IMG/VR virus record: IMGVR_UViG_3300025120_000023
DNA length: 64,000 nt
Origin: an uncultured virus (IMG/VR IMGVR_UViG_3300025120_000023)
Taxonomy: Duplodnaviria > Heunggongvirae > Uroviricota > Caudoviricetes
Reading direction: 5' to 3' (one strand)
A program made the translations under genes and the position numbers. Positions 17,359-26,959 of the stretch are shown here, piece after piece. How positions within the stretch are numbered: position 1 is the stretch's first letter; every line of letters starts with the position of its first letter. The notes under the pieces are model-generated. The model did no database searches. It saw only the letters and a list, made by a program, of their open reading frames with translations, and had not been told where the DNA came from.

Positions 17359-18135
17359 TTAGTAACTATTAAGTTGTTTATAGCCAAGTATTCTAGTTGG
17401 CTTCATTATTATTTCATTCCATAATTGTGTTGCATCACCACTACAATCTTCTAGTGAGGTGCACAAATTGTCTTGCTCCCCTGGATACGCTAATCGTTCC
17501 ATGCTTGCTGCTTTGTTGTTGTTGTCAGTTACGACACTCTTTACATCACTTCTAAATGCTGCAACTAGATCTCCTTCTAACTTCAATACCACATTGCTTG
17601 CTTTCTTGAAGAATGGCTTCCACTGCTTGGTAAAAGTACTCACATCATACGAATCACCTTCTTCAATACGTTGCTGAAGTCTTTGCATATTCTCTAATGT
17701 GGTAAATCTTTTTGTCACAACTTTATGTGTAGTAGATCCATATAGCGATTGTGTAAACTCTTCGTCTAACAGCACAAATGGCTCTATATCAAATCGCGAA
17801 TAAAAGTACGCAATTTTAATCTGGTCAATGTTTGGAAAGTAAGGAGAAAACTCTTTTCGTAATCCCCACACCTTATGGTTTACAAAGTCTTCAATAAAGT
17901 CAAGAACATTTTTACGAGTCACTTGTGGTGCAAATCTCTTAACCTCTATGTTAAGCTGAAAGCTAAACCACTTCGATACGAGCATTGCAAGTCTTGGATC
18001 ACTCTTAATCTGACCACCTCTTGTGTCTTGTCCTTTTTGTTGTAAGGCCAAAAACTCACGAGCAATATCTTCCCATTGCTGTATTGTTGCAAAGCAACTT
18101 TCGGGGTGCATATGTCCTTGTAATTGTAAAGCCAT
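17359..18135 (-). CDS. Hypothetical late protein, possible ADP-ribosyltransferase fold
   Basis: KRFT...VSTFT...WNEII spacing resembles the R-S-E triad; late motif 5 nt upstream. Confidence 0.4.
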   Translation of the reverse strand: MALQLQGHMHPESCFATIQQWEDIAREFLALQQKGQDTRGGQIKSDPRLAMLVSKWFSFQLNIEVKRFAPQVTRKNVLDFIEDFVNHKVWGLRKEFSPYFPNIDQIKIAYFYSRFDIEPFVLLDEEFTQSLYGSTTHKVVTKRFTTLENMQRLQQRIEEGDSYDVSTFTKQWKPFFKKASNVVLKLEGDLVAAFRSDVKSVVTDNNNKAASMERLAYPGEQDNLCTSLEDCSGDATQLWNEIIMKPTRILGYKQLNSY

Positions 18136-18140
18136 TTAAT

Positions 18141-18147
18141 ATAAATA
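18141..18147 (-). promoter_or_regulatory. Class 3 (putative late) promoter TATTTAT; 20 copies listed in findings
   Basis: Recurs directly upstream of structural genes, often right after a terminator. Confidence 0.75.
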
Positions 18148-18160
18148 GTTCTCAGATAAT

Positions 18161-18185
18161 AAAAAGCAGGCCTAAATGGCCTGCT
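18161..18185 (-). terminator. Rho-independent terminator
   Basis: AGCAGGCC/GGCCTGCT stem plus U-tract on minus strand. Confidence 0.85.
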
Positions 18186-18206
18186 CTTGTTGTTTTGGAA
18201 TTTTTG

Positions 18207-18362
18207 TTACGCTTTAAAGGCTAGCATGAATTCTCTTGCTCCAATACCAAATGCAATACCTGCATAAAGTATCTCTCCCTTAATCAACAACGCAGCACCA
18301 ACAGCTCCTGCAAGAGCAGCCTTGAACCACGATGAATTAACGATCGCTTTTACTTTTTCCAT
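18207..18362 (-). CDS. Small two-TM membrane protein (start revised)
   Basis: MEKVKAIVNSSWFKAALAGAVGAALLI...AGIAFGIG. Confidence 0.6.
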   Translation of the reverse strand: MEKVKAIVNSSWFKAALAGAVGAALLIKGEILYAGIAFGIGAREFMLAFKA

Positions 18363-18464
18363 TTTTCTGGGTTTTAGGCAGATTTTTTTGATCTGCACGG
18401 TTTATATTCTTCTTTGCTTTTGGTGTATGTTCTTTGACATATAAGTCGTATATCCAGTCTTTCA

Positions 18465-20321
18465 TCATTTTACTTCACATGCTCCGCCTGCGCAAGCAAT
18501 CTCTCCTTTTAGATCTGTTTCATCATCCGACTCTACAACTTGAGTTAAGTCTATATCTGTCAATACAGCCATCATCTCATTATACTTTTCTTCAGTAATA
18601 TCTTCAAAAGGTGCTTGAGTGTATGTTCCTCCATCATACGGAAGTACAGATAGGCCACTGTAGTGGTTTTTATTCTCCCACATCCATTCACCAGCTAATT
18701 CCCAATCCTCTTCTTTTAAAGAAACGGTAGCTGATACATTGTGTGCATTATTACCTCCTCTGTGTCCAGGCTTAATCCATTGCTGATGCACTTGTTTGAT
18801 TCTTTCTAATAACTGGAACGGTGATTCTGTTCTTAGGATTGCTCCTTCTGGCGCCTTTTGCGGTACTGAAATTACAGCTGTATCATGAGGTCTGAAGTAT
18901 TCATCTTCTACTAAAGCAGGACATGCTTTTACTAGATAGTTGTATATAGCTTCGTTCTTTCCAACTCTCATTCTTCTTACATAGAAGTCGTTGTGCCATG
19001 CGTGAATTCCTGAGGACGTTCCCAGTGTTAATGATGTTGTTCCTGCAGGCTTTACTGTTGTGCATCTTGCAGATTTTTTAATGTTGATCAACTCTGCTAC
19101 TCTTTGATTTTCTTCTTTAACAAGTTTTGCTGCGGATTTCATATCATATCCCAATACAGTACCAGATCCAATTCCTGTCATTGATACTCCTATCAAAGCA
19201 TCTTTCTCAGTTGTTCTTTGCCATATTGGTCGTAGGTAATGAAATTCTGTATATCCAGCTTGTAGTGTGCCAATGAGTGCTGCAGCTTTTACTCTTGCTT
19301 CAAAATCCTCTTGATCTACAATATTGGATACATTCACTTCACATAGGTTGCAGAATTGAAATGGTCTTAGTGCAATCTCACAACATGGATTAGTTCCCCA
19401 ATCCTTATCGTTAGATAGATAGATTCCAGGCTCACCTGCTCCACTAAGCTTTGTACGCTCCCAAAGATCCATAAACACATCCTTAGTAATCTTATGTCTC
19501 ATCAAGCATGCTGAGTTGTTTGCTCTACCTCTTTGAGGATTGGTTTCCCACCAGTTACCTGACTTACATCCCATCATAGCATTGTCGTCAGTGCTAAACA
19601 AGCTGATAAGAGCCGCTCTTCTAATACCACCTGCTAGTACCGCATCTGCAATATGACACACAATATCATGTACTTCAATTGGTTGTAATTGATCTCCATT
19701 TTGTTTTGCATCTAAGATACCTCTAACCTTTATCAAACACTCTTTCAATGGTTGAGGTCCTGGAGCCTTTCCTCCTGACGTTACTAGTCTTGCTCCTTTT
19801 GGTCTAATATCAGAGAAGTCAAACTGTAATGTTGATCCGCTATTAAAATAGTTTTTCATAAGAACCTTTACTGCATCTGCCCATCCTTCAATTGAATCTG
19901 CAATTACAAACCTTCTTTTTCTGTCTGGATTTGGTTTGTGTATTTCTGGTAGCTTTTCTATGTGGTGTTTTTGTACAGAGTATCCAACTCCGGTTCCTCC
20001 TAGTAATAGGAACATTGTTTCACCGAATGCCCTTACGTCATCGATTGGTAGATAGGCACAATTGTAAACTCGGTTAGGAGATATCTCAATTGGCTTTCCT
20101 GCAAACTGCATAGAACGCATTGATGGTAGAATTTTTTTGTCATAAACAAACTTATACGCTGCATCAATGTCCTTTGTGAGGTCTGGATACTTTTTTAAAT
20201 GCATTGCTTTGTTTCTGGTAACAAGCTCTTCCCACGTTTCACGTCTCTGCAACTCAGGAAGGTATTTGGCGTATTTTGTGAAGACAGTGATGTCACTCAA
20301 GATCTGATTAGATTTTGTCAT
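18465..20321 (-). CDS. nrdJ: Class II (adenosylcobalamin-dependent) ribonucleotide reductase
   Basis: YNC, GTGVG, GGIRRAA, TNPCCEI, TVKPAGT, C-terminal CAGGAC; no beta subunit adjacent. Confidence 0.9.
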   Translation of the reverse strand: MTKSNQILSDITVFTKYAKYLPELQRRETWEELVTRNKAMHLKKYPDLTKDIDAAYKFVYDKKILPSMRSMQFAGKPIEISPNRVYNCAYLPIDDVRAFGETMFLLLGGTGVGYSVQKHHIEKLPEIHKPNPDRKRRFVIADSIEGWADAVKVLMKNYFNSGSTLQFDFSDIRPKGARLVTSGGKAPGPQPLKECLIKVRGILDAKQNGDQLQPIEVHDIVCHIADAVLAGGIRRAALISLFSTDDNAMMGCKSGNWWETNPQRGRANNSACLMRHKITKDVFMDLWERTKLSGAGEPGIYLSNDKDWGTNPCCEIALRPFQFCNLCEVNVSNIVDQEDFEARVKAAALIGTLQAGYTEFHYLRPIWQRTTEKDALIGVSMTGIGSGTVLGYDMKSAAKLVKEENQRVAELINIKKSARCTTVKPAGTTSLTLGTSSGIHAWHNDFYVRRMRVGKNEAIYNYLVKACPALVEDEYFRPHDTAVISVPQKAPEGAILRTESPFQLLERIKQVHQQWIKPGHRGGNNAHNVSATVSLKEEDWELAGEWMWENKNHYSGLSVLPYDGGTYTQAPFEDITEEKYNEMMAVLTDIDLTQVVESDDETDLKGEIACAGGACEVK

Positions 20322-20412
20322 GGTGTAAATTGATTTTTATAAATAATTAATAGTAGTTTGTAATCGGCCGCTATGGCTATAAATAGGCGTTTTGTCCATT
20401 GAAATCGTCGTT

Positions 20413-21783
20413 TTAGTCGATTAATTTGTTTAATTCTTCAAATTTATTTGCCAAAGCATTTCTGATTACTGTATCGTCATTGTTCATAACTTTTTTAGTA
20501 GCCTGTCCTAGTATTGTGTTCTCTTCATATATCTCAATACCACACACTGCCATGTTCATCTTACTTGGGAAAGTCAACCCATCGGGTCCAAACCGATTCT
20601 TTATTATATGCCATCTTCCAGTTCCACTAATCTTATCAGCAGTCTTTCTTGATAATGATACAATAAAGTCAGCTACCATTACTTTAGTGTATGATTCAGC
20701 AATCTTATCTGCTTCTATCACTTCCATCTCAGCTGCACTTCTATTTGCTTGAGATGCTGTCCATAATGGTATCTTATGTAATCCAGCTAGCCCTCTCAAC
20801 TCTTCATAGATACCTCCAAGTACCTGATCGTGTCTAGCGTTCTTATTCGATCCTGCGTCTCTTAGTAGATCGGCATAATCCAGGAACACTATATCTGGAA
20901 CAGCTCCTTGTATTGCACACTTATCTAGGTGTGCTGCTATAGTATTTACAGTTGCAGTCTTAGTTGGATAGTATTTGATTATCAACTTACCCTTCAACTT
21001 TTCCATAGCAATCTCAACTTCTTCTTTATGATACTTCAAATCAGAAGTTGGGATGCCAGTGTAATAGCTGTCAAACCTTCCACCCACATAAGTGTCAGAA
21101 AGCTCTAATGTATAATACACAACATTCATTCCTTGCTTTGCACAATGCGCAGCTGCATTTACTAAAGCCATTGATTTACCAATACCTGCAGGTGCTACAA
21201 ATACTCCCATCTCACCTGGACCTAATCCACCATCGGTTATGTCATTAATGACTTCCCATGGAGTTGGTACAGTCTTTCTGCTATTCGCACTGAACCTTTC
21301 TTCTATGTGATCAATATACTCATGACCAATGTCTTTATCTGATCCAGCTTTCATAGCCTCATCTACTGTGCTTTTAATTGCATCATACTTGCCTTGTTGA
21401 AGAAGTTGAACAGACTCTAGTATTGCAGCTTTTAGTTTCTGATTCTTACAAAAGTCGATTGTCTTGTCTTTTATGTAATCTGAATCTAAAGCATCTATAT
21501 GTTTCATGACATCTTTTAGATTATCAATTACAGTAGTCTTTAGAACATCTTGTTCGATACTATCAATCTCAACTTTCATCACCTCTAATGTCGGTGTTGT
21601 TTTGTATTCGTTAAAATACTTTGCAATAGTCTTTGCAATCCATTGTGATGATTCTGAAGAGAAGTATGTTGGATCAAGTATGTCGTGTATCTGTTGTAGG
21701 TATATTCGATCCTTAATTAGGACCGCTAACAGCTTACTTTGAAAACCAGCTCCGTATAATTGAAAAGTATCTTGTGTTCCCAT
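20413..21783 (-). CDS. Replicative helicase (DnaB/T4 gp41-like)
   Basis: APAGIGKS, YTLE, FLDYAD, WTASQANR, KNRFG. Confidence 0.92.
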   Translation of the reverse strand: MGTQDTFQLYGAGFQSKLLAVLIKDRIYLQQIHDILDPTYFSSESSQWIAKTIAKYFNEYKTTPTLEVMKVEIDSIEQDVLKTTVIDNLKDVMKHIDALDSDYIKDKTIDFCKNQKLKAAILESVQLLQQGKYDAIKSTVDEAMKAGSDKDIGHEYIDHIEERFSANSRKTVPTPWEVINDITDGGLGPGEMGVFVAPAGIGKSMALVNAAAHCAKQGMNVVYYTLELSDTYVGGRFDSYYTGIPTSDLKYHKEEVEIAMEKLKGKLIIKYYPTKTATVNTIAAHLDKCAIQGAVPDIVFLDYADLLRDAGSNKNARHDQVLGGIYEELRGLAGLHKIPLWTASQANRSAAEMEVIEADKIAESYTKVMVADFIVSLSRKTADKISGTGRWHIIKNRFGPDGLTFPSKMNMAVCGIEIYEENTILGQATKKVMNNDDTVIRNALANKFEELNKLID

Positions 21784-21813
21784 GTGGATGAATATACGGT
21801 TTATTAATGTAAC

Positions 21814-22857
21814 TTACAACAAGTTTGTGTATTGATTTATTTTGGTGGTAACATCTCGTAACCACATTTCTGGATTACGTATAGCGTTTGTCATTCCATC
21901 TTCGATTAGTAGTCTGTGAAATGTCATCTTTGCTAAGCTACGTCCTTCAGCATCCATAGTATCATGTATGCGAAGTTGTGTAGTTGCGTTTAGTAGTGTT
22001 TCACCTAGCTGCATTATCTCATGATACAACTCTATATCTTTAACATTATTCTCCACAATGTTGTAGGCTTTAATTTTAGAGTCTTGCACCAGATCTTTAT
22101 TGTAGCTGAAGAATTCTTTGAGATTGATTACTTCTTGTTCGGCCATCCGTGGCCATCTCTTCAATATTGTCTTTAGCTTTAGGCCGGGAGCTCCTGGAAT
22201 ATTATCCGAGGAGTCCCCTTCCAAAGCTCGATACACTGCGAAGTTTTGAGGAATGACTCCATACTCACTATACACATCATCTTCATAATACAATTTCTTT
22301 TTCGTTGGGCTCCATACGTGTACGTTATTGGATACCAGTTGTAAGAAATCCTTATCGGATGACATAATAAATGAGTGGGAGTCTTTCGGTGTAAGTATGT
22401 TATTTGCGATGTAAGCAATTACATCATCAGCTTCTGCTCCATCTAAAGTTATTACGGTGATCGGTAAAGTCTCAAGATAGTCAATCAATCTAATTAATTG
22501 TTCTAGTTGATTATCTTCCTTGTCTACGGATTGTGCTCTGTTGAGCCTAATGCTGACTTTACGTGTTGCTTTATATTCTGGATACAGCTTTCTTCTAGCA
22601 GCTGATCCATTTTTACCATCAAACACGACAATGACCCGAGTAGGGCTCATCGTCTTGATAGCGTGACCCATACTAGATAAGAATCCTGAGATCCCACCGC
22701 AATGCTCACCATTAGCGTTTAGGGTGGGTGTTGCTGAGTAAGCTCGTATAAATGTGTTTAATCCGTCTATGATTAATACTCGGTCGTCTCTATGTTTAGA
22801 TTCTTCTGTCTCACGCAACTTTAATTGATTGAGCAATTTAGCATACTTATTTTTCAT
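21814..22857 (-). CDS. 5'-3' exonuclease / RNase H (FEN-like)
   Basis: IIDGLN, VFDG, YPEYK..R, EADD, SSDKDFLQL, GDSSDNIPG. Confidence 0.92.
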   Translation of the reverse strand: MKNKYAKLLNQLKLRETEESKHRDDRVLIIDGLNTFIRAYSATPTLNANGEHCGGISGFLSSMGHAIKTMSPTRVIVVFDGKNGSAARRKLYPEYKATRKVSIRLNRAQSVDKEDNQLEQLIRLIDYLETLPITVITLDGAEADDVIAYIANNILTPKDSHSFIMSSDKDFLQLVSNNVHVWSPTKKKLYYEDDVYSEYGVIPQNFAVYRALEGDSSDNIPGAPGLKLKTILKRWPRMAEQEVINLKEFFSYNKDLVQDSKIKAYNIVENNVKDIELYHEIMQLGETLLNATTQLRIHDTMDAEGRSLAKMTFHRLLIEDGMTNAIRNPEMWLRDVTTKINQYTNLL

Positions 22858-24014
22858 TCCTCGTCTTGGTTTAGTGGTGTATCAATTCCTTCCATATTAG
22901 AGGTGTCAATTGTCAACTCATCCGGATCAATTTCCGTCTGTGTTTTGTAATGCGATATACTATTCTGTTCAATAGCATTTTTGCAATACGCTCTAACCTC
23001 TGGTCTCTTGAGTATGTCTCTCCACTCTTTACTTTGGAATTTAACAACCTCTCCAGTATCCTCCATTATGAGGGTGTACCAAGATCCTCCCACTGTTATA
23101 ACTTTATACTTCTTGAGTGTGTCTAACCAACTAGCGTCATCATCTATTCCAGAATCAAAGTATATACTAAACTTCGCTTTCTTAAAAGGAGGTCCATATC
23201 TATTCTTTACGACTGTGGCTTGTGTGTTTACGCCAATTATATCTCCATCACTATCCTTGATCTTACCAACAGCTTGAAGTCTCACTCTACAGCTTGCATG
23301 GAATGGCAAAGCCTTTCCTCCACTTGTAGTGTATTTGTCTCCAAACATAGCGCCTAACTTTTCTCTCAACTGATTTGTAAACGCTAAGATTACTTTCTCT
23401 TTTCCAATAAGATTGGTTATCTTTCTTAACGCTTTCGACATAATAATAGCTTTGGATGTAGCCCATCCATCTTTATCATAGTCAGCATCTTGCTCTATCT
23501 TCGTGGTAGCTGCTGCTACTGAATCTACAACAATTGTAACAAGTCTGTCTTTACTAGTCTTACGAATATCAAGTATAAGATTCTCTATTGCTTCAAAGAT
23601 GTCTTCAATTGTATCCATTGGTAGGTAAAGCATGTTCTTGACATCAACACCAATTGCAGTAAGAAACTCTTCACTTAGTGCATTCTCAGTATCAATGTAA
23701 ACTGCTATACCACCTTTCTTCTGAGTATTAGCTAATAGGTGAGCTGCGATCAGAGATTTACCGGACGCTTCAAGCCCGGTAAATTCTGCGATTCTTCCTA
23801 CTGGTAATCCTCCGTTAGGTCGATTTGATATGGCAAGGTCTAGATCTGTTGATCCGGTTGACACCCAATCCGAAAGATCGGTTTGTGTTTTCTCTTCTCC
23901 TAGGAAGTGAACAGCTTTGAAGTCTTTAAACTTCTTATTTAGACTTGATGCCAACTCTTGAGCTAGCTCGTCCCTTCCCGCTATTTCATCGGGTGTAACT
24001 TTTGCTTTTGCCAT
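22854..24014 (-). CDS. recA: RecA/UvsX recombinase
   Basis: GLPVGRI.E..GLEASGKS, YIDTE, VVDSVA, NQLREK, GGKAL.F. Confidence 0.95.
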   Translation of the reverse strand: MAKAKVTPDEIAGRDELAQELASSLNKKFKDFKAVHFLGEEKTQTDLSDWVSTGSTDLDLAISNRPNGGLPVGRIAEFTGLEASGKSLIAAHLLANTQKKGGIAVYIDTENALSEEFLTAIGVDVKNMLYLPMDTIEDIFEAIENLILDIRKTSKDRLVTIVVDSVAAATTKIEQDADYDKDGWATSKAIIMSKALRKITNLIGKEKVILAFTNQLREKLGAMFGDKYTTSGGKALPFHASCRVRLQAVGKIKDSDGDIIGVNTQATVVKNRYGPPFKKAKFSIYFDSGIDDDASWLDTLKKYKVITVGGSWYTLIMEDTGEVVKFQSKEWRDILKRPEVRAYCKNAIEQNSISHYKTQTEIDPDELTIDTSNMEGIDTPLNQDEE

Positions 24015-24019
24015 AACTG

Positions 24020-24784
24020 TTATGAATTAAATAAATCTCCGAATGCTGTTGAGATGTCTTCTGTTGTGTTTGCCGTCTTAGCTCCAGTAATTGGTGCCTT
24101 CGTAGTAGTAGCTTCGCCACCTTCACCAGGCTTCAACCAATCCTCTAATGCAACTTTCATATCGTCATACGATAGCTCAGTAAACATCTTTGTTAATTCT
24201 GGTTGCTTGTTAACAATCATTTCTGCAACATTCTTATCTTCTGTTGCTGGTGTTGTGTTAGGCTTAACTCTAACATTGTAAGATGGATAGCCACCCTCCT
24301 TGTCTGGAGCGATGTGTTCGATTGTTACGTCACGACCGTTTGTTAAGTCAGTGATATCTCCATAATCTGGATCTGTGATTACTCCTAATAACTCAGAGTA
24401 TATCTTCTTACCAAAAGCATAGAACTTAACTCCTTCAGATTCTTGTCCTCTAACAATTACGGGAGTGTAACATCTGAACTTTGGTTCCATCTTTCTTCCC
24501 ATCTTCCAATCTTCTTTGTCTCCAGTGCTTTTAAGCTTCTCTGCAAATTCAAGTACAGGATCAGGTCTTCCAAATGAGCTCGGAGAGATCATTGTTTTCT
24601 TTCCTATATCGTAATGAAAATAAAGTTCTTGAAAAGGGTTTGATTTGTCGAACGAATAAGGTACTATTCTTACTTGTGATTTTCCGACTGGTGGTTTCCA
24701 GAATACATCTGAGTTTCTGCTTCCACCGCTTGTTGTTTGAAGCTCTTGCAGCTTCGCTTTAATTGCATCTAAATCTAGTGCCAT
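24020..24784 (-). CDS. Single-stranded DNA-binding protein (T4 gp32-like)
   Basis: FWKP...VRIVP, DYGDITD...GRD, acidic/Phe C-terminus; adjacent to recombinase. Confidence 0.8.
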   Translation of the reverse strand: MALDLDAIKAKLQELQTTSGGSRNSDVFWKPPVGKSQVRIVPYSFDKSNPFQELYFHYDIGKKTMISPSSFGRPDPVLEFAEKLKSTGDKEDWKMGRKMEPKFRCYTPVIVRGQESEGVKFYAFGKKIYSELLGVITDPDYGDITDLTNGRDVTIEHIAPDKEGGYPSYNVRVKPNTTPATEDKNVAEMIVNKQPELTKMFTELSYDDMKVALEDWLKPGEGGEATTTKAPITGAKTANTTEDISTAFGDLFNS

Positions 24785-24960
24785 TTTTTGTTTTGTTTTT
24801 ATTGGTTTATATTTATATTTAACTGTCCTATTAAGTATCGGGTATCTTGTTGAGCTATTTCTTTTTATTTCTTTGTACTATATTTATGCTCTTATTGTAC
24901 CGCTGACTTAATACATTAGACTAACTATACTGCTTTTCTACCGTATTTGCAACTTTTATT

Positions 24961-25335
24961 TCATTGTAAATGTTTTATTTCTACACTCCTAAAAGATCCA
25001 TCTCGATTAGTAAGTAGTAGGCGATTAGTAAATTGGGTCCAATCAACACGATATGTTTTATCTAACACACCATTGTTTTGCTCGCGTATTAATGCATTAA
25101 GGGCATTAATGCTATACAATGTTTCTGTATCTTTTTTGCGATTGATTGTAATTGTGTCTGACATTCTGCTTTGCGTATTGAATGTATTGTATATGCAAAC
25201 AACTGAAGAGTCTTCAGTATATTGATAGCATCTCATGTTTGAAACATTTTCAACTTGATAAGTTTTGTGAATGCGTGTAATGCAAGAGGGTAGCTCCGAC
25301 ACGGTCGTAAAGGTGCAAAGTAACTGAGATCTCAT
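24961..25335 (-). CDS. Hypothetical protein
   Basis: LLCTF...RKK.TETLYSINALN; co-transcribed from late motif at 25604. Confidence 0.7.
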   Translation of the reverse strand: MRSQLLCTFTTVSELPSCITRIHKTYQVENVSNMRCYQYTEDSSVVCIYNTFNTQSRMSDTITINRKKDTETLYSINALNALIREQNNGVLDKTYRVDWTQFTNRLLLTNRDGSFRSVEIKHLQ

Positions 25336-25338
25336 TTA

Positions 25339-25599
25339 TTATCCTGAAGTTTCGTCGGGCTTCTCAGATGCTGCTTTACCTTGTGCTGTTTTTAAGACTG
25401 CTATTTGGTCCTGCAGAGCTTTGATTTGCTCCTCTTTTGTTTTAATTCTTTGGTCCATCTCCTTCTTCTCTGCGTCAATCTCTCCTTGAGTCTTTTCTGC
25501 TAAAATTTTTTTTGAATACTTAATATTGTTTTGCTGGAAATAGCTCTCCAATCTACGGCGAACTTTCTCCTTCAATACCTTTCTCTTATGATCCTTCAT
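25339..25599 (-). CDS. Small coiled-coil protein, putative head-associated (start revised)
   Basis: ATG 4 nt after TATTTAT; LKE/LAE motifs. Confidence 0.6.
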   Translation of the reverse strand: MKDHKRKVLKEKVRRRLESYFQQNNIKYSKKILAEKTQGEIDAEKKEMDQRIKTKEEQIKALQDQIAVLKTAQGKAASEKPDETSG

Positions 25600-25613
25600 A
25601 CTTATAAATAGGA

Positions 25614-26939
25614 CTAAGTTGTGCAAAAATCTAAATTTGCGTAATTATTTCCTTGCTTTACTTTGATAGGAAATTTATACAAATCTATTGATGCTGGTAT
25701 GATTTTATTCATTAATAAATTCTTATGACGGTTGTGTACATCAAATAATACACTATCATATGTGTAGAGTATTGGTTTACCTTTGATTCCAGATTGTACA
25801 AAATGCTCAGCCATTGTACTTAACATCTCTACATTATATTCAGTCTCCATCATCTGAATGTAGTAGTTGAAAAAGGTGTAAGGAGTAACATCTTTGTAGT
25901 TTTCCCAATACATCACTCTGTGTGATATCGGACTCTCTACACGATAGTTTTCTCTCTTTTCCCACAGATCCTTTACAAAGGCATCTGTTTTTGCAAAGAA
26001 TGGTATATGTAAATAATCCTTACGTATTCCTCCATACAGTTGTCTGAATGTATCTTCTTTAGCTTTAGATATTTGATCTTGTGTAGGATTGTCTGTGTTG
26101 TGATAGTGCTTAGCTAAATGCTCGTAAACATTGTCTTCACCAAAATCGTAATCAATTAGTGTTGCAATAATTCTAGGATGGTATGAGTTAAAATCTAATT
26201 CTACTAAACACCCATCATCACCATACCTACTAACAAAGCATTCACGTGTCTCATCTTTAGGCAATGCTGCATAGTTTACTCCTCCAAAGCGATTACTAGG
26301 TCTTCCGGTAGTTGTGTAGTAGTTGTATTGCGTGTAGCATTTGTCACCAACTCGGCTAAAGGTTTTTCCAAATCGTTCTTTATACCTTTCCTTATCTACA
26401 CGTAATCCACTCGACTCAATCCAATTAAACACTCCTCGAAGTTTGTTTGCATAAAAATCATAACCGCTAGGAACATTAATATCTATGAATTGATTACATA
26501 TACGATCTACTCGCTCTTGTAGTTTGAGTAATGATATAAGTGAGTTTGTTTTCTTACATCCTGACATGCTACGATTATATCGTGTAACCATCACACCTGA
26601 TTCTTTTTCTAGCTTTTGTCTAGTTCTAAGATAGTGTATCATATCAAGGTCCATGAATGTTGGTTCTGATCCTAATTGAAACTCATAATTTTTAAAAAGA
26701 TGAATATCTGTACAGAATAGTAGGTTAGAAAACTTACTCAACAAGGATAGTGACATATTATAAACAGCCTCTGGATGATCTACTCCTACAATATAGGATG
26801 GACCTAAGTGGCCTTCTTTAATTGCTAATGCAATAATCTTATTCTGTGTAGAATGTACTCGATCGTCTTCTGGGATTGGCACTATGAATAGTGCTTTGTC
26901 TTGCAATTCTAGTAACTGCTGTTCGCTATCTATAACCAT
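25614..26939 (-). CDS. Divergent second family-A polymerase-fold protein
   Basis: TTTGRPSN, motif A DFNSYHPR, motif B AKEDTFRQLYG, NYYIQ, motif C YTYDS; no recognisable exonuclease motifs. Confidence 0.85.
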   Translation of the reverse strand: MVIDSEQQLLELQDKALFIVPIPEDDRVHSTQNKIIALAIKEGHLGPSYIVGVDHPEAVYNMSLSLLSKFSNLLFCTDIHLFKNYEFQLGSEPTFMDLDMIHYLRTRQKLEKESGVMVTRYNRSMSGCKKTNSLISLLKLQERVDRICNQFIDINVPSGYDFYANKLRGVFNWIESSGLRVDKERYKERFGKTFSRVGDKCYTQYNYYTTTGRPSNRFGGVNYAALPKDETRECFVSRYGDDGCLVELDFNSYHPRIIATLIDYDFGEDNVYEHLAKHYHNTDNPTQDQISKAKEDTFRQLYGGIRKDYLHIPFFAKTDAFVKDLWEKRENYRVESPISHRVMYWENYKDVTPYTFFNYYIQMMETEYNVEMLSTMAEHFVQSGIKGKPILYTYDSVLFDVHNRHKNLLMNKIIPASIDLYKFPIKVKQGNNYANLDFCTT

Positions 26940-26959
26940 AATGTAACTATACGCTTTTT

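Noticed and set aside
25614..26939. Second polymerase as a decayed pseudogene
   Set aside because: Intact ORF with its own promoter and selective retention of catalytic residues
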